Of a stretch of DNA of 64,000 nucleotides, positions 62,009 through 64,000 are shown piece by piece. A program made the position numbers and the translations under genes. The DNA is from Raillietiella orientalis (lineage: Eukaryota), in contig JAYWIR010000019.1 of assembly GCA_036172245.1 (NCBI GenBank), positions 1,116,001-1,180,000 of the forward strand, in the 5' to 3' direction. Numbering within the stretch: the first letter of the stretch is position 1; each line of letters starts with the position of its first letter. The notes below the pieces were generated by a model that saw only the letters and a program-made list of their open reading frames with translations, had not been told where the DNA came from and did no database searches.

Positions 62009-62131
62009 GTGAGTCCCGTCTGTCTGCATATTGGCGAGGCGACAGGACCGATGTTGGCTCTGCCATAGTGGGGCCTTGTACCACGAATGTAGGTAGAGTT
62101 TGTAACCAAACGCCCCTGCCTGACCGGGAAA
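62009..62131 (+). mobile_element. Isolated LINE 3'UTR end (B-like) forming the right border of the cluster
   Basis: Matches 30030-30150 (AGTGGGGCCTTGTACCACGAAT...AAACGCCCCTGCCTGACCGGGAAA). Confidence 0.75.
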
Positions 62132-62474
62132 CAAATTTGAAGCGCATTTCTGAGCGTTCATGCCTATTAGATCAATAATGGGGTGATGAATTTTATCGCT
62201 GGTCACATCCCTTGTATTGCCTTATCACAGGCACACAAGTATGTGGGCAGGAAGACATCTGCCAGGAGGTGAGTGCCACACTAGACAGTGATTGCTTGTC
62301 TCAGAATGGCAGAAAGTGGACGCAATAAAAACCTTCTATCCCAGCGTATTCGAGAGGTTGGGAACTCACCGGAAGGAGGAATGGCAGCATGTCGACGAGG
62401 AAGTCAAGAAAAAGATAAAACACAGCTCACACCTACCATCCGTAGGGAAGTGAGAATTACACTTACAATTACAT

Positions 62475-63517
62475 ACGCTGCCACGCTGCCATGGGTATCT
62501 GAAAGCTATGGTCCACTTTCAAAATATAGGAGAGGACGACATTACGAGAGTGCAGTGCAATTTCCTCGTTACGCAATACAAGGAAAAATGAACACTCCAG
62601 TGCTCGAAGAGATCGAGGAGATACAGACCAGCACAGTCACTGTGACGAGTCACAAGTCAATAATATTTTTCGAACTGCTTGAGAAAGTCTTCTTCATTCA
62701 GTGAGTAATCCGAGGCTAACAAAACTGGGTATATATCCGTGGCTGTAAGTCTGTCCATTCGACCCTGAGTTTCCAAGATTGAAATAGGTGAGCTAAAATA
62801 GTATGGAACGGCCTTGCTGTGGATCCGGCTCATGGAAAGCAAGCACTCCATGATGAGAAAAAAGCAAAAACTTCTCCCAGACTTGGCTAGACCGCAAACT
62901 CCTGGTGGCAAGAAGCAAAAGTGTTCCTAATAAACAGGAATCTTCCAGCATTCCCCGAGATATTACTCAACTGAGCATGATACAGATCCCAAACCCTCAT
63001 TTTCTATGGCTCATGACATCCACACAGCAACTTGAACCACAAAGTAAATCATGCTAGCAATTCAGTGACATCTCTTTCACAAACTTTTGGCAAACATCGG
63101 CACTACAAACGGCCAATTTCCCAAAGGAAATGCAAGAGAACTCAGAAGAGTTCTTCAATATTGAAGAAGTACATATGTTCCTCTCAGTACCATGCACGAA
63201 GTGTATATAACAAAAGCGTAGAATCACTACTCATTCTGGACATTAGTACCCTATCATTCCAAACGTGGGCAACTATGCAATCCATAGCCTGAAGGTCTGG
63301 ATGACACCGTGCCGTAATCAACCCATCCAACCCACTCACAAAAGCAGCTACATGTGAGCAACGAAAGCTGGAGGAGTCCTCGTAAAAGTGAACACGCTGC
63401 CACGCTGCCATGGGTACCCCAAACCTATGGTCCACTTTGGAGCCATAGGATAGTGTTACACATTACGAGAGTGTAATGTTAGACATTAAGAGAGCGTATT
63501 ACCTCGTTGCGCAATAC
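62475..63517 (+). repeat. Diverged direct repeat pair of ~105-125 bp (62475-62579 and 63394-63517)
   Basis: Shared ACGCTGCCACGCTGCCATGGGTA...CTATGGTCCACTTT...CATTACGAGAGTG...CCTCGTTRCGCAATAC. Confidence 0.8.
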
Positions 63518-64000
63518 GCCGAGTTTTTAATCCATGCTAGCAATTCACTGACAGCCCTCTGATAAACCTTTTGCACACATCGGAACTACTAGCTGCTAAT
63601 TTCCCAAAGGAAGTGCAGGACAACTCATTTTCTGGGCTCATGACAGCCACGAAGAAACCTGATACCCGATCATGTGGAGAAGCATCTGCGATCAGTGTCA
63701 TTACGAACTGTCAAGGCAGCGTCTGCTGCTATATCAGGTATGTTAGTTCTGTTTGTGGAGCGGTTTGTGTGTATATATAGATATGGCCATTGGGAGACAT
63801 TCGCCCGACAAATTCACAATCTTTCTTTTTGAGATTGCCACTATGATGTCAAGCATGTCTGTGTGTGATATATTAAGAGCCCTTGTTTGCTCTGGGTTAG
63901 TATTGCTTGTATCCACTGTGGTTAAACAAAAATATTGATTTTGAAATCTATATCGTATCGTTATTCGAAATGCAATATGGTAACGGACGTAATTGATGAG

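Overview
Animal (probably arthropod-type) genomic DNA, not prokaryotic. 1-6.3 kb is AT-rich host sequence with a two-exon FRS2/FRS3-like adaptor gene on the minus strand. About 6.9-15.1 kb is decayed, coding-looking sequence I cannot identify, including a glycoprotein-like remnant. A decayed Buster/Charlie-type hAT transposon (15145-22652, minus) is split by a 6.0-kb restriction-like-endonuclease non-LTR retrotransposon (NeSL/Utopia-like) inserted without a TSD. From 22653 to 62131 there is an uninterrupted, GC-rich 39.5-kb pile of about 18 nested or abutting pieces of several divergent L1/Tx1-clade retrotransposon families in both orientations. Shared unusual traits: (1) the 11 surviving 3' ends have no poly(A) tract and end in an AATAAA-like signal, a GC hairpin and 1-5 A; (2) a covarying structured 3'UTR; (3) an Inr/DPE-like internal promoter, and in one family the first 18 nt are antisense to the RT motif-A codons; (4) TAATG/TGATG stop-start coupling, replaced by AUG-less TAACA in the two best-preserved copies; (5) an AP endonuclease that seems to lack the specificity beta-hairpin, with a short EN-RT linker. 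A perfect 25-bp x12 tandem array sits inside one decayed copy. All family assignments come from motif recognition only; no searches were run. Element letters (A, B, X, Y, W, Z, V, U, T) are my own labels.
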